DNA from: Savitreella phatthalungensis | Taxonomy: Eukaryota | Direction of reading: 5' to 3' | Length of the DNA: 64,000 nucleotides | NCBI GenBank assembly: GCA_051599415.1 | Contig: AP039711.1 | Coordinates: 1-64,000 of the forward strand | Shown: positions 19,301 through 30,209 of the stretch, piece after piece | Position numbering within the stretch: the stretch's first letter is position 1 | Layout: every line of letters starts with the position of its first letter | The notes under the pieces: model-generated | Seen by the model: the letters and a program-made list of their open reading frames with translations, nothing else | Database searches by the model: none | What the model was told of the DNA's origin: nothing | Translations under genes and position numbers: made by a program

Positions 19301-20604
19301 GCTCTACCATCCCGTCCCTCTCGGACTTCCATGCACAGGTCTTCCAGACGGCCAAGGGTATCTCTGACCACCTGCTGCCCAACACGTCTGCATACCACGA
19401 GATCTGGCTGACCGATGACAATGGCAAGGAGCTCGTCGCTGGCGGTGAGGTCAAGGACACAGAGCCGCTCTACGGTCCGACATACCTGCCTCGCAAGTTC
19501 AAGATTGCCGTTGCTGTGCCTCCCACAAACGATGTGGATGTGTACACGAACGATGTCGGATTTATCGCGATTCGGGACGACAAGGGTGCACTCGCTGGCT
19601 TCAACGTGTCTCTCGGTGGAGGTATGGGCACGACCCACAACAACAAGAAGACGTACCCGCGCCTGGGTACCGTCTTCGCATTCTGCACGCCTCAAGACGT
19701 GAATGTGGTCGCAGAGGCCATCATGATCTGCCAGCGTGACAACGGCGACCGCAAGGACCGTAAGCACGCTCGCCTAAAATACACCGTCGACGACTTTGGC
19801 GTTCCCTTCTTCCGCGAGTTTGTGGAGAAGTACATTGGTCACGCTCTTGAGGAGCCGCGTGATTTCGTCTTTGACACAAACGTCGATGTCTTTGGCTGGC
19901 AAAAGGGTGAGGACGGCAGACATCACTTCGGCATGTTCATCGAGAACGGCCGTATCGAGGACACGCCGGAATTCCAGATGAAGACCGGTCTGCGCGAGAT
20001 TGCTAAGCAGGTCAAGGGCATCGAGTTCAGACTGACCCCGAACCAGCACCTCATCCTCTCAAACGTGTCTGAGAAGCAGCTCGGCAAGGCAAAGGATCTT
20101 CTGGCCAAGTACAAGCTGGACAACCTTCAATTCACACAGCTGCGACTCTCGTCATCTGCTTGTGTGGCCCTGCCGACATGCGGTCTCGCCATGGCAGAGT
20201 CAGAGCGATACCTACCCGTGCTGATTACGAAGCTCGAGGAGACCATCACGAGTGCCGGTCTCGAGAAGGACTCGATCGTGATGCGAATGACTGGTTGCCC
20301 TAACGGCTGTGCTCGGCCATGGGTTGCCGAGATTGCTTGCGTCGGCAAGGCTCCAGGCACGTACAACTTGTACCTCGGCGGTGGACACTACGGACAGAGA
20401 CTCAACAAGCTCTACCGCGCATCTCTCCAGGAAGGCGAGATCCTCGACGTCCTCACACCCATGATCCGCAAGTGGGCAGTCGAGCGCAAGGACGGTGAAG
20501 CGTTTGGCGACTTTGTCATCCGCGCAGGCTACATCAAGGAGACGTTCGAGGGCAAGGACTTCCATGACGGTGTCGACCTCGAGGATGAGACTCTCGCTGC
20601 ATAG
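16375..20604 (+). CDS. MET5: Sulfite reductase [NADPH] beta subunit (PFOR-like + flavodoxin + siroheme/4Fe-4S domains)
   Basis: LYASDGGNAE flavodoxin motif; KFHGTYMQDDRD, ACGDVNRN, LPRKFKIA, CVALPTCGLA and MTGCPNGC motifs. Confidence 0.95.
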   Translation: MSARTAYLTSDTVYVVGSATAPAHAVSADESNVYSPVVPQVVRLRETADPFLQVLEALGGDAKGRLATVIAPASTLVQAVPHLYRLAHLPLTILVEARDDYADIQALRSTGIAIFQAFSPQEAQDLSLVARSVAVSTRRANIVFFEKQAQESEVTALETDQIERLLGDAVGAREQALDASALYTANESAVDVSSAITTALAEFSKVTGRSYAPLEYTGSQTADSAIVLFGSNAASFRARIAKSFKGDVESAAGVLLVRVYRPFDAAAVQKALPATVKRVAVLEQLRTRTSRWNPLFLDVLQALQARDDVKVVSGQLGINTEETVSQALRGVLHNLRADKPLQNLFVGNPFPETQKESLQTPAIESAYDKILKQVFGDRLDIVNRQEGLAGLSTSPEYALGRALAQQESRAAFVSAASPEGLTSAKDAFHAWQAVAHSKQESACAAAALVEALQADTSDAAKKLLENASLLPLPTPWLVVSDAWAADLGNGGVHHLLASDAKVNMLVIDSNPGSRKKDVGLYAMNFGNAYVASTAVYASYTQVLAAMVEADKFDGPSVVLAYLPYTEDDATPVTVLQETKRAVESGAWPLYRFTPSTDGEAKFELDSERLRRELQDFLKRDQRLSQLARRDPKFAASLASHHGAEVRAQQKRKARSAYDKMLESLSGPPLTILYASDGGNAENLSKRLARRAKARTLKAKVMAMDDYPVEELSNEKNLILVSATAGQGEFPQNGRNFWEAVRSSLDLDLSNTNFSVFAMGDSHYWPRAADKHYYNKPGKDLLARVTALGGKLMVDIGLGDDQDPDGYETGYQAWEPELWKAMGVDKMDVVVDEPKVRGPEDVKVESNFLRGGIVAGLKDESTGAISADDALLTKFHGTYMQDDRDVREQRKADGLEPAYSFMIRARLPAGVATPEQWIAMDEISDTYGNHTFKLTTRQTFQWHGVLKRNLKRTIAAINKALITTIAACGDVNRNVMCSTIPSLSDFHAQVFQTAKGISDHLLPNTSAYHEIWLTDDNGKELVAGGEVKDTEPLYGPTYLPRKFKIAVAVPPTNDVDVYTNDVGFIAIRDDKGALAGFNVSLGGGMGTTHNNKKTYPRLGTVFAFCTPQDVNVVAEAIMICQRDNGDRKDRKHARLKYTVDDFGVPFFREFVEKYIGHALEEPRDFVFDTNVDVFGWQKGEDGRHHFGMFIENGRIEDTPEFQMKTGLREIAKQVKGIEFRLTPNQHLILSNVSEKQLGKAKDLLAKYKLDNLQFTQLRLSSSACVALPTCGLAMAESERYLPVLITKLEETITSAGLEKDSIVMRMTGCPNGCARPWVAEIACVGKAPGTYNLYLGGGHYGQRLNKLYRASLQEGEILDVLTPMIRKWAVERKDGEAFGDFVIRAGYIKETFEGKDFHDGVDLEDETLAA

Positions 20605-20846
20605 ACTTCCCCGTCGAGCCTCTGTCTCTCTCGGATCATTCAACACGTGTTTGTGTCTCTATCCATAAAATACCTTACACAGCGAATCTCACCACCATTT
20701 TTCCATTCCTATAGTTACGCTAAGCACAAATTCAATTTTACACATTCTAACGACACATAGAATCTGAGATATGGAAATTGAAAATTCTTATATAAAACTG
20801 TGATTGTGAACATGAGTGTGATAATCCAACTCTCTTGTGCATTTGT

Positions 20847-21683
20847 CTAGAGCTTGGACTCTGGCTCGAAGAACTTGCCGTTGGATGCAAGGTGTCCACC
20901 TTCACAGCCGATGACTGAGCCTGAGATGTAGCTTGCGGCCTTGCCTGAGAGGAAGACGCAGAGTCCGCCGACGTCTGAGGCCCTACCGATTCTGCCGATC
21001 GGGATACCAGCCTTGATGGCATCTCCTGCGGCCTCGAGCGTCGCCTTCATCATGTGTGACTGGAAGGGTCCACAGGCGATGACGTTGGAGGTGATGAGTC
21101 TCTCACCGAGGTGTCCTGCGAGCGAGCGGGACAGCATCTGGAGTCCCGCCTTGGAGGCAGAGTAGGCGAAGGTCTCGTGGACGGGGACGCGGTTGCCGTC
21201 GACACTGCCGATGTGGATCACCCTGCCTGGGTCGTCCTGCGTAGCCTCCTTCTCCAGCAGCGGCGCACACACCTGGGTGACGACGAAGGGGGAGATCAGG
21301 TTGAGCCCTAGCACGCGCTGCCACGCTGCGTCCGGGTACTCGTCGAATGGAGCAGCCCAGTTGTTTCCGGAGTTGTTGACGAGCACGTGGAGTTTTCCGC
21401 CTGTGATCTCGGAGATCTGGTCGACGACCTTGACCACGTCCGCACGCTTTGTCAGGTCGCCTGGGATCGCATAGCACTTGCCCTTTCTTCCAAGCTTGTT
21501 CAGCTCGGCCGCCGTCTCCTCACACACCTTTGCCTTTCGGGAGGAGATGAACACGTGAGCGGCGTCACACTCCATGAACGTCCGAGCAATCATGTATCCG
21601 ATACCCTGACCACCTCCCGTGACAAACACGGACTTGCCGGCGATCCCGAAAAGTGTCTGTGGGTCTAGCGCTTCGTATGACAT
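20847..21683 (-). CDS. Short-chain dehydrogenase/reductase (classical SDR, RhlG-like)
   Basis: TGGGQGIG, VNNSG and catalytic YSASK motifs. Confidence 0.9.
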   Translation of the reverse strand: MSYEALDPQTLFGIAGKSVFVTGGGQGIGYMIARTFMECDAAHVFISSRKAKVCEETAAELNKLGRKGKCYAIPGDLTKRADVVKVVDQISEITGGKLHVLVNNSGNNWAAPFDEYPDAAWQRVLGLNLISPFVVTQVCAPLLEKEATQDDPGRVIHIGSVDGNRVPVHETFAYSASKAGLQMLSRSLAGHLGERLITSNVIACGPFQSHMMKATLEAAGDAIKAGIPIGRIGRASDVGGLCVFLSGKAASYISGSVIGCEGGHLASNGKFFEPESKL

Positions 21684-21811
21684 TTTTTTGGGAGAAGAGA
21701 GGTTTACTGTATACGATTTACAGCTTTCTCGAGCGATCTGTTATGAACAAGGTAAGTTGTGTAAAGGTGCTGTGTAGAGAGAGAGTGTACTGTACGAGCG
21801 TGTCCTTGGGA

Positions 21812-22155
21812 GTGGAAGTGGAGTGGAGTGGAGTGGAGTGGAGTGTGTGGGTGAGAATGTGTGGGGGAATATTTTTGGCCTGTTCTGGGTTGAACCAATT
21901 AAATCTTTTGAATTGGTTCTTTCTTGCATCTGAATGAAATTCAAGGCGAAAAAGGTTGATCCGATGCACCTCGGCTTAAAAGTGGAAATAAAGTGGTCGC
22001 CGGATGCAGGATTCATCGAGCTAGTCAGTGGGTCAGTCGGTCAGTCAGTGGATGGGTGGGTGGGTCAGTCAGTGAGTAAAAGAGTCAGTCAGTGATTGAG
22101 TCACTCAGTCAGTCAGTGAGTCAATCAGTGAGTGAGTGACTCAGTGGTCAGTCAG
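21812..22155. repeat. (GTGGA)n and (CAGT/GAGT)n microsatellites in the divergent intergenic region
   Basis: GGAGT repeats at 21812-21845 and CAGT repeats at about 22020-22155. Confidence 0.75.
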
Positions 22156-22348
22156 TATGCTTGAATGACTCTGTCAGGATAGCATTCATACTCCCGAAGG
22201 GAAGGCACTGTAGAGAATCGCAGTCATAGCCATCACATCGAGTCACACGCCCACATCATGGTCAGGTCTTTCAATCACTTGACAATCTCGAGAGACCATG
22301 CTATGATTCAACTCGTCCGCGTGGCAACAGATCCTTCCGATCCGCCTC

Positions 22349-23617
22349 ATGTGCTTTGCTCAACCTCCACGGGTATATAGGTTCGACGGTACGTGAGTTG
22401 TCTTCGAAGTCTGATACCGCAGGATAGGTGTAGGTGTAATCATGGTCAGAGCTGGCCCGAGCTTCGAGGGGGTCTCTCCTAGCATCGCTCCGATGTTCAG
22501 ATCGGATTTGATCTCGATGAGGCAAGGCAACAACTGGAGGACTACAGCCGGAGTTGGCTGGCCTCATGAGAGATTGACTTCCCATGGTCGTATTGTGGAT
22601 CGTGGTCCAGGCAGAATGGATTACACGGTCCATTATTCCCTTGCAGCGAGCGGTCGCGGCGTCAAGGTCTACGTGGTAGACTCCGGGATCGCTTGTAATC
22701 ATCCTGCATTCCGAGACATCGTCGGTTACCGGACTGCTGCTCGACGCACAGGGCGCCTGGCTTCGTGTCCCGATGAACTCAACTTCGCCGGTGGTATCCA
22801 CGGCTCCCAGGACAGTCATGGTCATGGCAGTGCTCTCGCCGGCACTGTGGCAGGCAGATTTGGGATCTCACGCTTCTCACACCTGTTCTCAGTCCGGGTG
22901 CTTGGACCTGACATAGATGGAACGGGCTTACTCAGCAACATGCTCTTTGGCCTCGAGAAGATCCTCACGATCCAGAGACAATCTAACGACCCATCGATAG
23001 TCCTGCTGGGAATCTCTCTCCCAAAGTCAGAGGCGCTGGACGTGCTTCTGAACGCCATGGAGCGGCCTGAGATGACAGTCGTGGCGGCGGCGAGTGATAG
23101 CAGTGAGCTTGCGAGCTCCATGAGTCCTGCGACGGCCGTAAGTCCGCTGGTGGTGGCGGCGAGCGATATTCAAGACAGGTATGCGGTGTTCAGCGGGCAC
23201 GGGAGAGCAGTTGATTGCATTGCGCCAGGCGTTCACGTCCCTACAGTCGACCTGAACTCATTTGTCCCACAGTTCGCATCCGGGACATCCCTGGCAGCAG
23301 GGTACACCGCTGGCACACTCGCATGCTGGTTCACCATTCTTCGTCGCCTGCGCACCATGCAGCACGTCCGCCGGTTCATGCTCTTCATGGGCAGCAAATC
23401 AATCCTCTCTGGCGTGCCAGAAAACACCGTCAATCTCTTTGTCCAAATGCCGCTGGTGACGAGACGCTTCCGTGGCGATACTTCTGCATTCGACAATGAA
23501 GGCGATGGTGATGGAGACGGTGGAGACGATGATGATTCCGGCGACAGTGACGGAGATGGAAGCGGAGGTGGAGACTCCGAGGGCACAGTCTCAGACAGAG
23601 AAGCACATCACAGATAG
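22349..23617 (+). CDS. Divergent proteinase K-like S8 subtilisin with acidic tail (5' end uncertain; probable short intron near 22393-22422)
   Basis: VYVVDSGI, GHGSALAG and ASGTSLAAG triad motifs. GTGAGT...CTGAT...CAG, if spliced, removes an in-frame stop upstream of ORF 22442. Confidence 0.75.
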
Positions 23618-23731
23618 ATCATGACATATACACAAGGATTCATCAATCCAATCACACGTGTACAGAAGCTATACAGTCTGAGGTATATGCACACGGAGTG
23701 ATGCTAAGAGAGCAACCAGATCATACCCCCC

Positions 23732-25324
23732 TCAGTAGACGGCGACAAAGACCTGCTCGGGCTCAGACTCGGACTCGAAAGGAATCTGGTCGACGCCGCA
23801 GTAGCCTGGCTCAGATCGATCACCGTCCAACCAGCTGGTGATCCTCTTGACGGCGCACGCAGATTTGAGCGCATCAGAGCAGTGGCCGTACGACCCGTTA
23901 ATTCTCAAGACTTGGCCGCCAAAGTGGTCAGCATATGTGACAGCGTGACGCTGTGGGGTCACAAGGTCGTACTGGTTGCCGACAAAGAGGATGTCTCTGC
24001 CGTCGACCTTGCGCTCGAGGTCGAGACGCTTCGATGGTTTGAATGGATAGTCGACGCACCGTGCTGGGATGAGCGACCAGTACTCCGCGTAGAATGGGGA
24101 CTGCTTTGCGTTGTGCTGTTCGTGCTTCTTGAGGTCATCGGGCGTGAGTATGGACGAGTGTCCAGCAGCGTCTCCGCAAGCTGTTGCGAGTCCGCCTTCT
24201 GAGCCGAGCGTCGACGATACCAGATCACCGTTGTTTTTCCAAAACTCGTCCGCCTTGCCATCGAGCAACAGTGCAAGCGCATGAGCGAGCTTCGGCCACT
24301 TGTCTGGAAAGTAGAATGCGTGGATGAGGACCTCTTTTAGGCGGGAGTATGTGATGAGACCACCGGAGCGGCCGTGGAAGGCCGGCAGCGGCGATTTCTT
24401 GACCTCTTGCAGGAGCTCGTCGACCCGCTGACGGATCTGTTTCGGGGTGCCATACTTGTGCAACTCGCACTTGGATGACGCTGCACAGCTCTCAAAGAAC
24501 TTGTCGATGACGGCCTCGGTGTCGTACAGGTTCTTTCCCCAGTCGCCTTTGTAGTAATCGTGCAGATGGGCAACACCGTCGACGACAAAGTTGCCGATAT
24601 TGTCTGGGAAGACCTTGGCAAAGGTCATGCCCAGCAGGGTACCGTACGAGTAACCCCAGTAATCGACCTTGACCTTTTCCGGGGTCTCTTTCTGCATCTT
24701 GGCCGCAATGAACCGCAGGTCGTGAACAACGTAATAGGTCGAGATATAGTTGCCGATTTCGCCAGAGATGGCTCCACAACCCCGTGATTGGACTTTGTTC
24801 GACGCCATGGCTCTTTCGTAGCTGTCCGCTGCGCTTGAGAGCATACCACCGGACTCACCTGCGCTAACGCCGCGTTCGAGGCCTGATGCGTAGCACTCCA
24901 TGCTAGGAATGCTTCCATTGATCCCGCGTGGATCCCAGCTGATGATGTCGCGCGTGCCGTTGAATCTGTCGGCTGTGCGGACTCCATTGCGGTAGATCAG
25001 GTTCACGCCAGAACCTCCTGGACCTCCTGGATTTTGGAAGATTGGTCTGTTGCCGGCTGATCTGTTTCCCCGGACTCTTGCGAGCGGCAGGCTGATCGTC
25101 CGGTCATCACCGTCCTCGTACGTCAAGGGGACGTCGATTCGCGCACACTCGATTTTGCCATCCACGGAACAAGTCTTCCATTCGAGCTCTTCATCATGGT
25201 GGTGCTGGAGAATGAGCAGGAGAGCGACCAGAATGACGACTGGCATGACAATCAATGGCCATCGCGTCCGTCTCTGTGACGGGCGAAGGGGCCGTCCGAG
25301 CAGCTGAGTCTCTTCGTCGCGCAT
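23732..25324 (-). CDS. TAP-like alpha/beta hydrolase (S33-type peptidase) with N-terminal membrane anchor
   Basis: NPGGPGGSG, WDPRGI, GYSYGT, DLVTP and YGHCS motifs; start MRDEETQLL followed by a transmembrane segment. Confidence 0.9.
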   Translation of the reverse strand: MRDEETQLLGRPLRPSQRRTRWPLIVMPVVILVALLLILQHHHDEELEWKTCSVDGKIECARIDVPLTYEDGDDRTISLPLARVRGNRSAGNRPIFQNPGGPGGSGVNLIYRNGVRTADRFNGTRDIISWDPRGINGSIPSMECYASGLERGVSAGESGGMLSSAADSYERAMASNKVQSRGCGAISGEIGNYISTYYVVHDLRFIAAKMQKETPEKVKVDYWGYSYGTLLGMTFAKVFPDNIGNFVVDGVAHLHDYYKGDWGKNLYDTEAVIDKFFESCAASSKCELHKYGTPKQIRQRVDELLQEVKKSPLPAFHGRSGGLITYSRLKEVLIHAFYFPDKWPKLAHALALLLDGKADEFWKNNGDLVSSTLGSEGGLATACGDAAGHSSILTPDDLKKHEQHNAKQSPFYAEYWSLIPARCVDYPFKPSKRLDLERKVDGRDILFVGNQYDLVTPQRHAVTYADHFGGQVLRINGSYGHCSDALKSACAVKRITSWLDGDRSEPGYCGVDQIPFESESEPEQVFVAVY

Positions 25325-26647
25325 GAGAAGTCGATGCAGGTTCAAATGACGCGACACGATACGACGCGACACAACACGATGATTTGTACAGGGAAGGCAT
25401 GATTGCAAGGATGGAGAACGCACTGGAGGTGATGCGGATCTTTGCCTGTGTGAGGGGTGGGGGATCTTATTCAGTGCTGATATACGAGAATACCATGTGA
25501 CTGACATGCACATGTGTTTTGATTCGCCCACAGCAGGATATAGTAAATTATATACAGTATATAACAAAACATTTAACAATAGTATACGGCCTTGACCAAG
25601 TCAGAGAGTCAAGTCTTCAGGGTGCGGAAATACGCACTCGAGGATATCGTAGTCGTGACCTCCATACACGTACATCACATACTTTCGGTGAAGGCTCTTC
25701 GTGGAGAGTGGTGATTTGATGCGGTCTGAAGAGGATGCCATCTCTCAGCACAGACGGAGATGCAGTCTTTCCAAATGACGCAGGTCCCTCTGACGCCACT
25801 CACCACGTCGGCTTCCATAGCCGACATAGCCCACTTGCCAACAAATAGAGTATACTGGACAGAGAGGTAGGGATCATACCGAATGAACGCTCCCGATGTT
25901 CTGCACGTATCATGAAGACAACCAGGATCTCAAAGAAGGAGGTAGACAAGACAAGGTGCATATAGACAGTTCAATTTGGCTCAACTCTTATTCCAACATA
26001 TCTACCAGCTCCCCTTGTGCACAAAGTGTCACCCTGGTGTCCTCTTTCGAGATCGATCGATTCATGTGTATCTGGCTGCACATTCACGCAACAGGCTTGT
26101 CTCGTACGTATCTTAGTGTGTTTGGTTGCATACGCAAGACAATCTGCGAAGTGAGAACACGTCTATACATGGCAGTTGCCCACACGCCGATATCCACGTG
26201 CACGATACGACCTCAGTCAATGGTCGTGGAGCGTTATGTCCACGGAACAAGTGGATGCGTTGCAGGAATCGAGGTCATCTCCCGCATAGCCATGTACTTT
26301 TGCGTCAATTGATTCAAGCCTGTTGCGCATGTGAAGCGCTTGTGAGTGTGACATGGAATTTCCAGCAGTACAGTCCAGATATAAAGACGCTCTCGGACGT
26401 CTAATGTCATCCATACTAAGCTCTCTGACCTTCACACTGGCGTCCACAGATATCCTCACATATGCATGCAAACGCACACGCACACGCACACGCACACGCT
26501 CACGCGTATGCGCAGATGTCACATGCATACACAAACACATACACGTGCATGGTCACGGATGCATCCCCAGAAGTGTCCACCTGACTAGTTCATTCGTCAT
26601 CGCCATGCAGTTGAAAGCTACATAAGGACACCCATCCGCCCACATTT

Positions 26648-27164
26648 CAGCAGACCACAGCAATCGGTCTATCAGGTCTAGTGAAAGACGTCAAAGAACG
26701 TTTTGCTCTAAAAGAAAACAAGCCGGACACCTCATCCTTCCAAAAGCGCTCATCAGGTACCTTCCAATTCTGGCAAACCACTGAGCCACTGGCTATCGGA
26801 TAAAAGATCCTATTACAGCAGGACGATGCTCCATCGGCGTTCTGCTCTAGTTGGAGCTTTTATTTGATACTCTAATGGTTCAGTAGTCTGCTAGAATCGC
26901 TGGGTGTTTGGTGAGCCTATTGTGATGATCGGGTCTCCAGATGGTTCTTCTAGAGCAACACGTTTAGGGACGTCTTGTGTTTGAACTGGTCTGCTGTGAT
27001 AAAGGCTGTTTCTAGACCGATGCTTGGCAGAAGAGACTACCTGGACAGTGTTGCTTGACTTTGTCATGACTGATTCAACAAGGACAGTAGCGCAGACTTC
27101 GGGGTCGCTTTAACTTGTCTTTGACACAGTAAAGACTGCCGCCCTGCTATCTGCTCAATTGAGC
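26648..27164 (+). ncRNA. Candidate long structured RNA (about 340-nt imperfect rod plus 3' multibranch domain), family unknown
   Basis: Nested complementarity centred near 26830 with many G:U pairs; no ORF; CA-rich tracts on both sides. Confidence 0.5.
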
Positions 27165-28053
27165 ACACACACGCTCACACACACACACACAAAGGTCAGA
27201 TACTGGAGAATGTCTGCTTTATAGCCGAACTAATGAGAGCGCTGCAATCTGATCTCTTCGCTTACATGCAAATTGCCGGTCAGCAAGTTCGATTGTCCAC
27301 GCTGAGGTATTGTGATTGTGCATGCTACAGGACTGTGATTGTCTGAATCAGTCGGTCTTTAACTCTTAGCGTCAACCTGTTGTAGGCTTCTGAGACACGA
27401 GCAAGGCATGTCAGCTGCTCGCAGAAGCGACGCATGTGATATTGCGGTGATTTCACATGGAGAATGAGGCGATTGTATCGGGGTACGGCTACTCATGTAT
27501 GATACAATGCGACATGGCTGAGACGCTCACGCAGCTTGTCTGTATCACCGGGAGCCCAGGCTCTGACTTCAAGAAGACGAGAGACTCCATGTTGTACGGT
27601 CGAGCAAGGGCATATCACCCACTCACCCACCCACTCACTCACTCACTCACTCACTCACTCACTACTTTGTTTGCGTGCATAGTAACGTGCTGTGCTGTCG
27701 ACATTTGGCTCATCAGTCTTCACTTCATACAATTAAAGTTAATTAAGCGCTTGTTTGTGCATCTGACTCGAAACGGAAATTGAATCTCCAGATCAGTGGG
27801 TCAATCAATCGATCAATCAACCACAACGTCATTCTCAACAGCCATCCCTCAGCTTCAGCATCATTTCCAGCATCAGCTTCAGCATCATCCCAGGCGGAAA
27901 CATCTCATAAAGCTACTGATCCCTGTCTGAAGGCGCTCTTCTCGCTTAGCTACTGTACTGCGCAAGGATTTTAACCAGGTCGCAGCCGAGAATGAACCCT
28001 ATGTGAGCGTTTAGAACGCTCCCGACAACGACGACACAGAAACGGAGAGCGCG

Positions 28054-29952
28054 ATGCTCAGACCGCGCAACAGCTCGCTCATCGCCAGAAAAGCTTCTGG
28101 TACAAGCGCTGGCGCAGAAACTAATGGCGGCCGCTCAGATTCCAGCTACTCAGTCTTCACCGAAGCTGAACCGCCCGCGAAGCCGGCATTCTTCCACAAG
28201 TCGGCGCACGACCTGTATAATGTCACCGCACCAGTAGTGAGTCAGTCGCCTGGCTGGACGGCATTCTCAGAGTACGACTGTGAAGCACTAGAACACGCTT
28301 TTATCTCTGAATCCGATATACCCGTTCTGATTGGCATTGAACGGCTGCACTCTGTCGATGTCAAGCAGATGCGGATGCAGCCAGTCTACTGGACCAGTAT
28401 AACTTCCAGCAGTGCAACCACAGACGTCATCCGCAGCCTCTGGTTCTACACCGACAAGACGCCAGTCAAGCAAGACTTGAGCGATGCACTCGAGCGCGGC
28501 TACAAGCACATCAAGCCGTGGACATCTGCCTACGAGGCAGAGATGCGCTCAGCTCAAGAGATAGGAGGTGAAGCGGAGAGTAAAATTCGGCATACACTGA
28601 TGCAGGAGAAGTTTGCGATCTACAAGGATGGAGAAAGCGCATGGGTCGGTAGCGACTCCTTCCAGTCGAGGCTGGCCAACACGATTCTCGGCAGCATCGG
28701 CAAAGGCAAACGCTCGCCCTACGTCGAGGTACGTCGAGGCTATCAGTGGCAGGACTTGCCGAAGCCGAGTACACCGACAGATCTGATTCTCGTGATTCAC
28801 GGGATCGGACAGAAACTCGCAGAGACCTCCCCTGGCTGGACCTTCACCAATGCCGTCAACAAACTTCGGCAACTGATGCACGAGCAGCGAGACACCGTCA
28901 AGGGAGTCCTGCGCGAAGACTACAATCCACAGATTCTGCCTGTGAACTGGCGCACAGCTTTCGACCCGGACAAGCCAAATGCCAAATTCTCTCTGAAAGA
29001 CATCACGATCGACTCGATCCCTGCAGTGAGAGATCTGCTAGCAAAAGTGGCGCTGGATGTGCCTTACTTCATGTCGCATCATCGATCCGCGATGGTGGAC
29101 GCTGTTGTCGGAGAGTGCAATCGCCTGTTCAGACTCTTTGTCGATCACAACCCGGACTTCTCAGGGAAAGTGCATTTGATCGGGCACTCGCTCGGTAGCG
29201 CGATTGCATTCGAGATTCTTTCTCGTCAGCCGGCAGACGTCAATCGATCGAGCCTGTACGATGTCATCTCTCGGCGTTTCACGGAACCGGTCTCACAGTT
29301 CGACTTCAACACACACCACCTGTTCAATTGTGGCGCACCAGCTCCTTTCTTTCTCCTGCTTATGGACCGCAACCTGGTGCCGCGGAAGGGCTTGAAGTCG
29401 AGCGACTCTCGTCTAACGCGGCCTGCACGGTACGGTAGTCTGGCGGCCAGAAATATCTACAATATCTATTACCAGACAGATCCCGTCGCCTACAGACTTT
29501 TACCAGCGGTCGATGCGTCATTCGCACAGATTCTACCACCGACCATCATACCTGCCAAGCTGAAACCTGACAAGGAAAATCAGAAGGAGAAGGACAAGGA
29601 GAGCGGATTGCCTCCCGCACCTGGACGCTTGCCATCCACAGTCGAGCTCGAGACACACAACTTTGCGAAAGAGTCTCTTGCAGATGGTCGACTCCGGCTG
29701 CTGAATGAGAACGGCCAGATCGACTACATCCTGCCACAAAGCACGTCCGTCATGGGTCTCGAGTCACAGTATTTGTCAATGATTTACGCGCACCAGGCTT
29801 ACTGGGATTCTCGCGAATTCGCCAGGCTGATCCTGGTCGAGTGCGGTCGCAAAGGCGAACCGGTCCACTGGCTCCGCGGCCAACGCAGACCACCTCCACC
29901 AACACAGCCCTCAGATCCACCGCCGCCACGCTCACCGAAGCGAAAGCTATGA
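28054..29952 (+). CDS. DDHD-domain phospholipase A1 (Ddl1/YOR022C-like)
   Basis: LVIHGIGQ, ILPVNWR, GHSLGS and NIYYQTDPVAYRL motifs; AHQAYW near the C-terminus. Confidence 0.9.
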   Translation: MLRPRNSSLIARKASGTSAGAETNGGRSDSSYSVFTEAEPPAKPAFFHKSAHDLYNVTAPVVSQSPGWTAFSEYDCEALEHAFISESDIPVLIGIERLHSVDVKQMRMQPVYWTSITSSSATTDVIRSLWFYTDKTPVKQDLSDALERGYKHIKPWTSAYEAEMRSAQEIGGEAESKIRHTLMQEKFAIYKDGESAWVGSDSFQSRLANTILGSIGKGKRSPYVEVRRGYQWQDLPKPSTPTDLILVIHGIGQKLAETSPGWTFTNAVNKLRQLMHEQRDTVKGVLREDYNPQILPVNWRTAFDPDKPNAKFSLKDITIDSIPAVRDLLAKVALDVPYFMSHHRSAMVDAVVGECNRLFRLFVDHNPDFSGKVHLIGHSLGSAIAFEILSRQPADVNRSSLYDVISRRFTEPVSQFDFNTHHLFNCGAPAPFFLLLMDRNLVPRKGLKSSDSRLTRPARYGSLAARNIYNIYYQTDPVAYRLLPAVDASFAQILPPTIIPAKLKPDKENQKEKDKESGLPPAPGRLPSTVELETHNFAKESLADGRLRLLNENGQIDYILPQSTSVMGLESQYLSMIYAHQAYWDSREFARLILVECGRKGEPVHWLRGQRRPPPPTQPSDPPPPRSPKRKL

Positions 29953-30209
29953 CCTGACAAGATGCGGTCTGCACTCAAGTATGACATCTCGAATCAATTG
30001 TAGCCCAGAAGCCATCATAGGAACGTACGTTTACTTCCACACAAATCACGAACCTCTTTGCCAGATCACACAAGGATGAGAAAATAAACGTCCCCATAAA
30101 AAGCTACGTCACAAGTGCGTGTTGCCGCTGTTGCTGCTGCTGCTGCTGCCGCTACCGCTATTGCTGTCGCAGTTTGAAGTGCGTGACCTGGAAGCATCCC
30201 AGGCAAAGG

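Noticed and set aside
16583..20646. Many alternative-frame and antisense ORFs inside long genes (also in URB1, MON2, DNA2)
   Set aside because: Shadow ORFs expected from high GC3 codon bias.
26745..26762. Hammerhead ribozyme core CUGAUGA on the minus strand
   Set aside because: No stem II closed by GAAA and no matching cleavage-site helices could be built.
25580..28050. Telomerase RNA as the identity of the long rod element
   Set aside because: No template of about 1.5 repeats (e.g. TAACCCTAA) found on either strand in this intergenic region.
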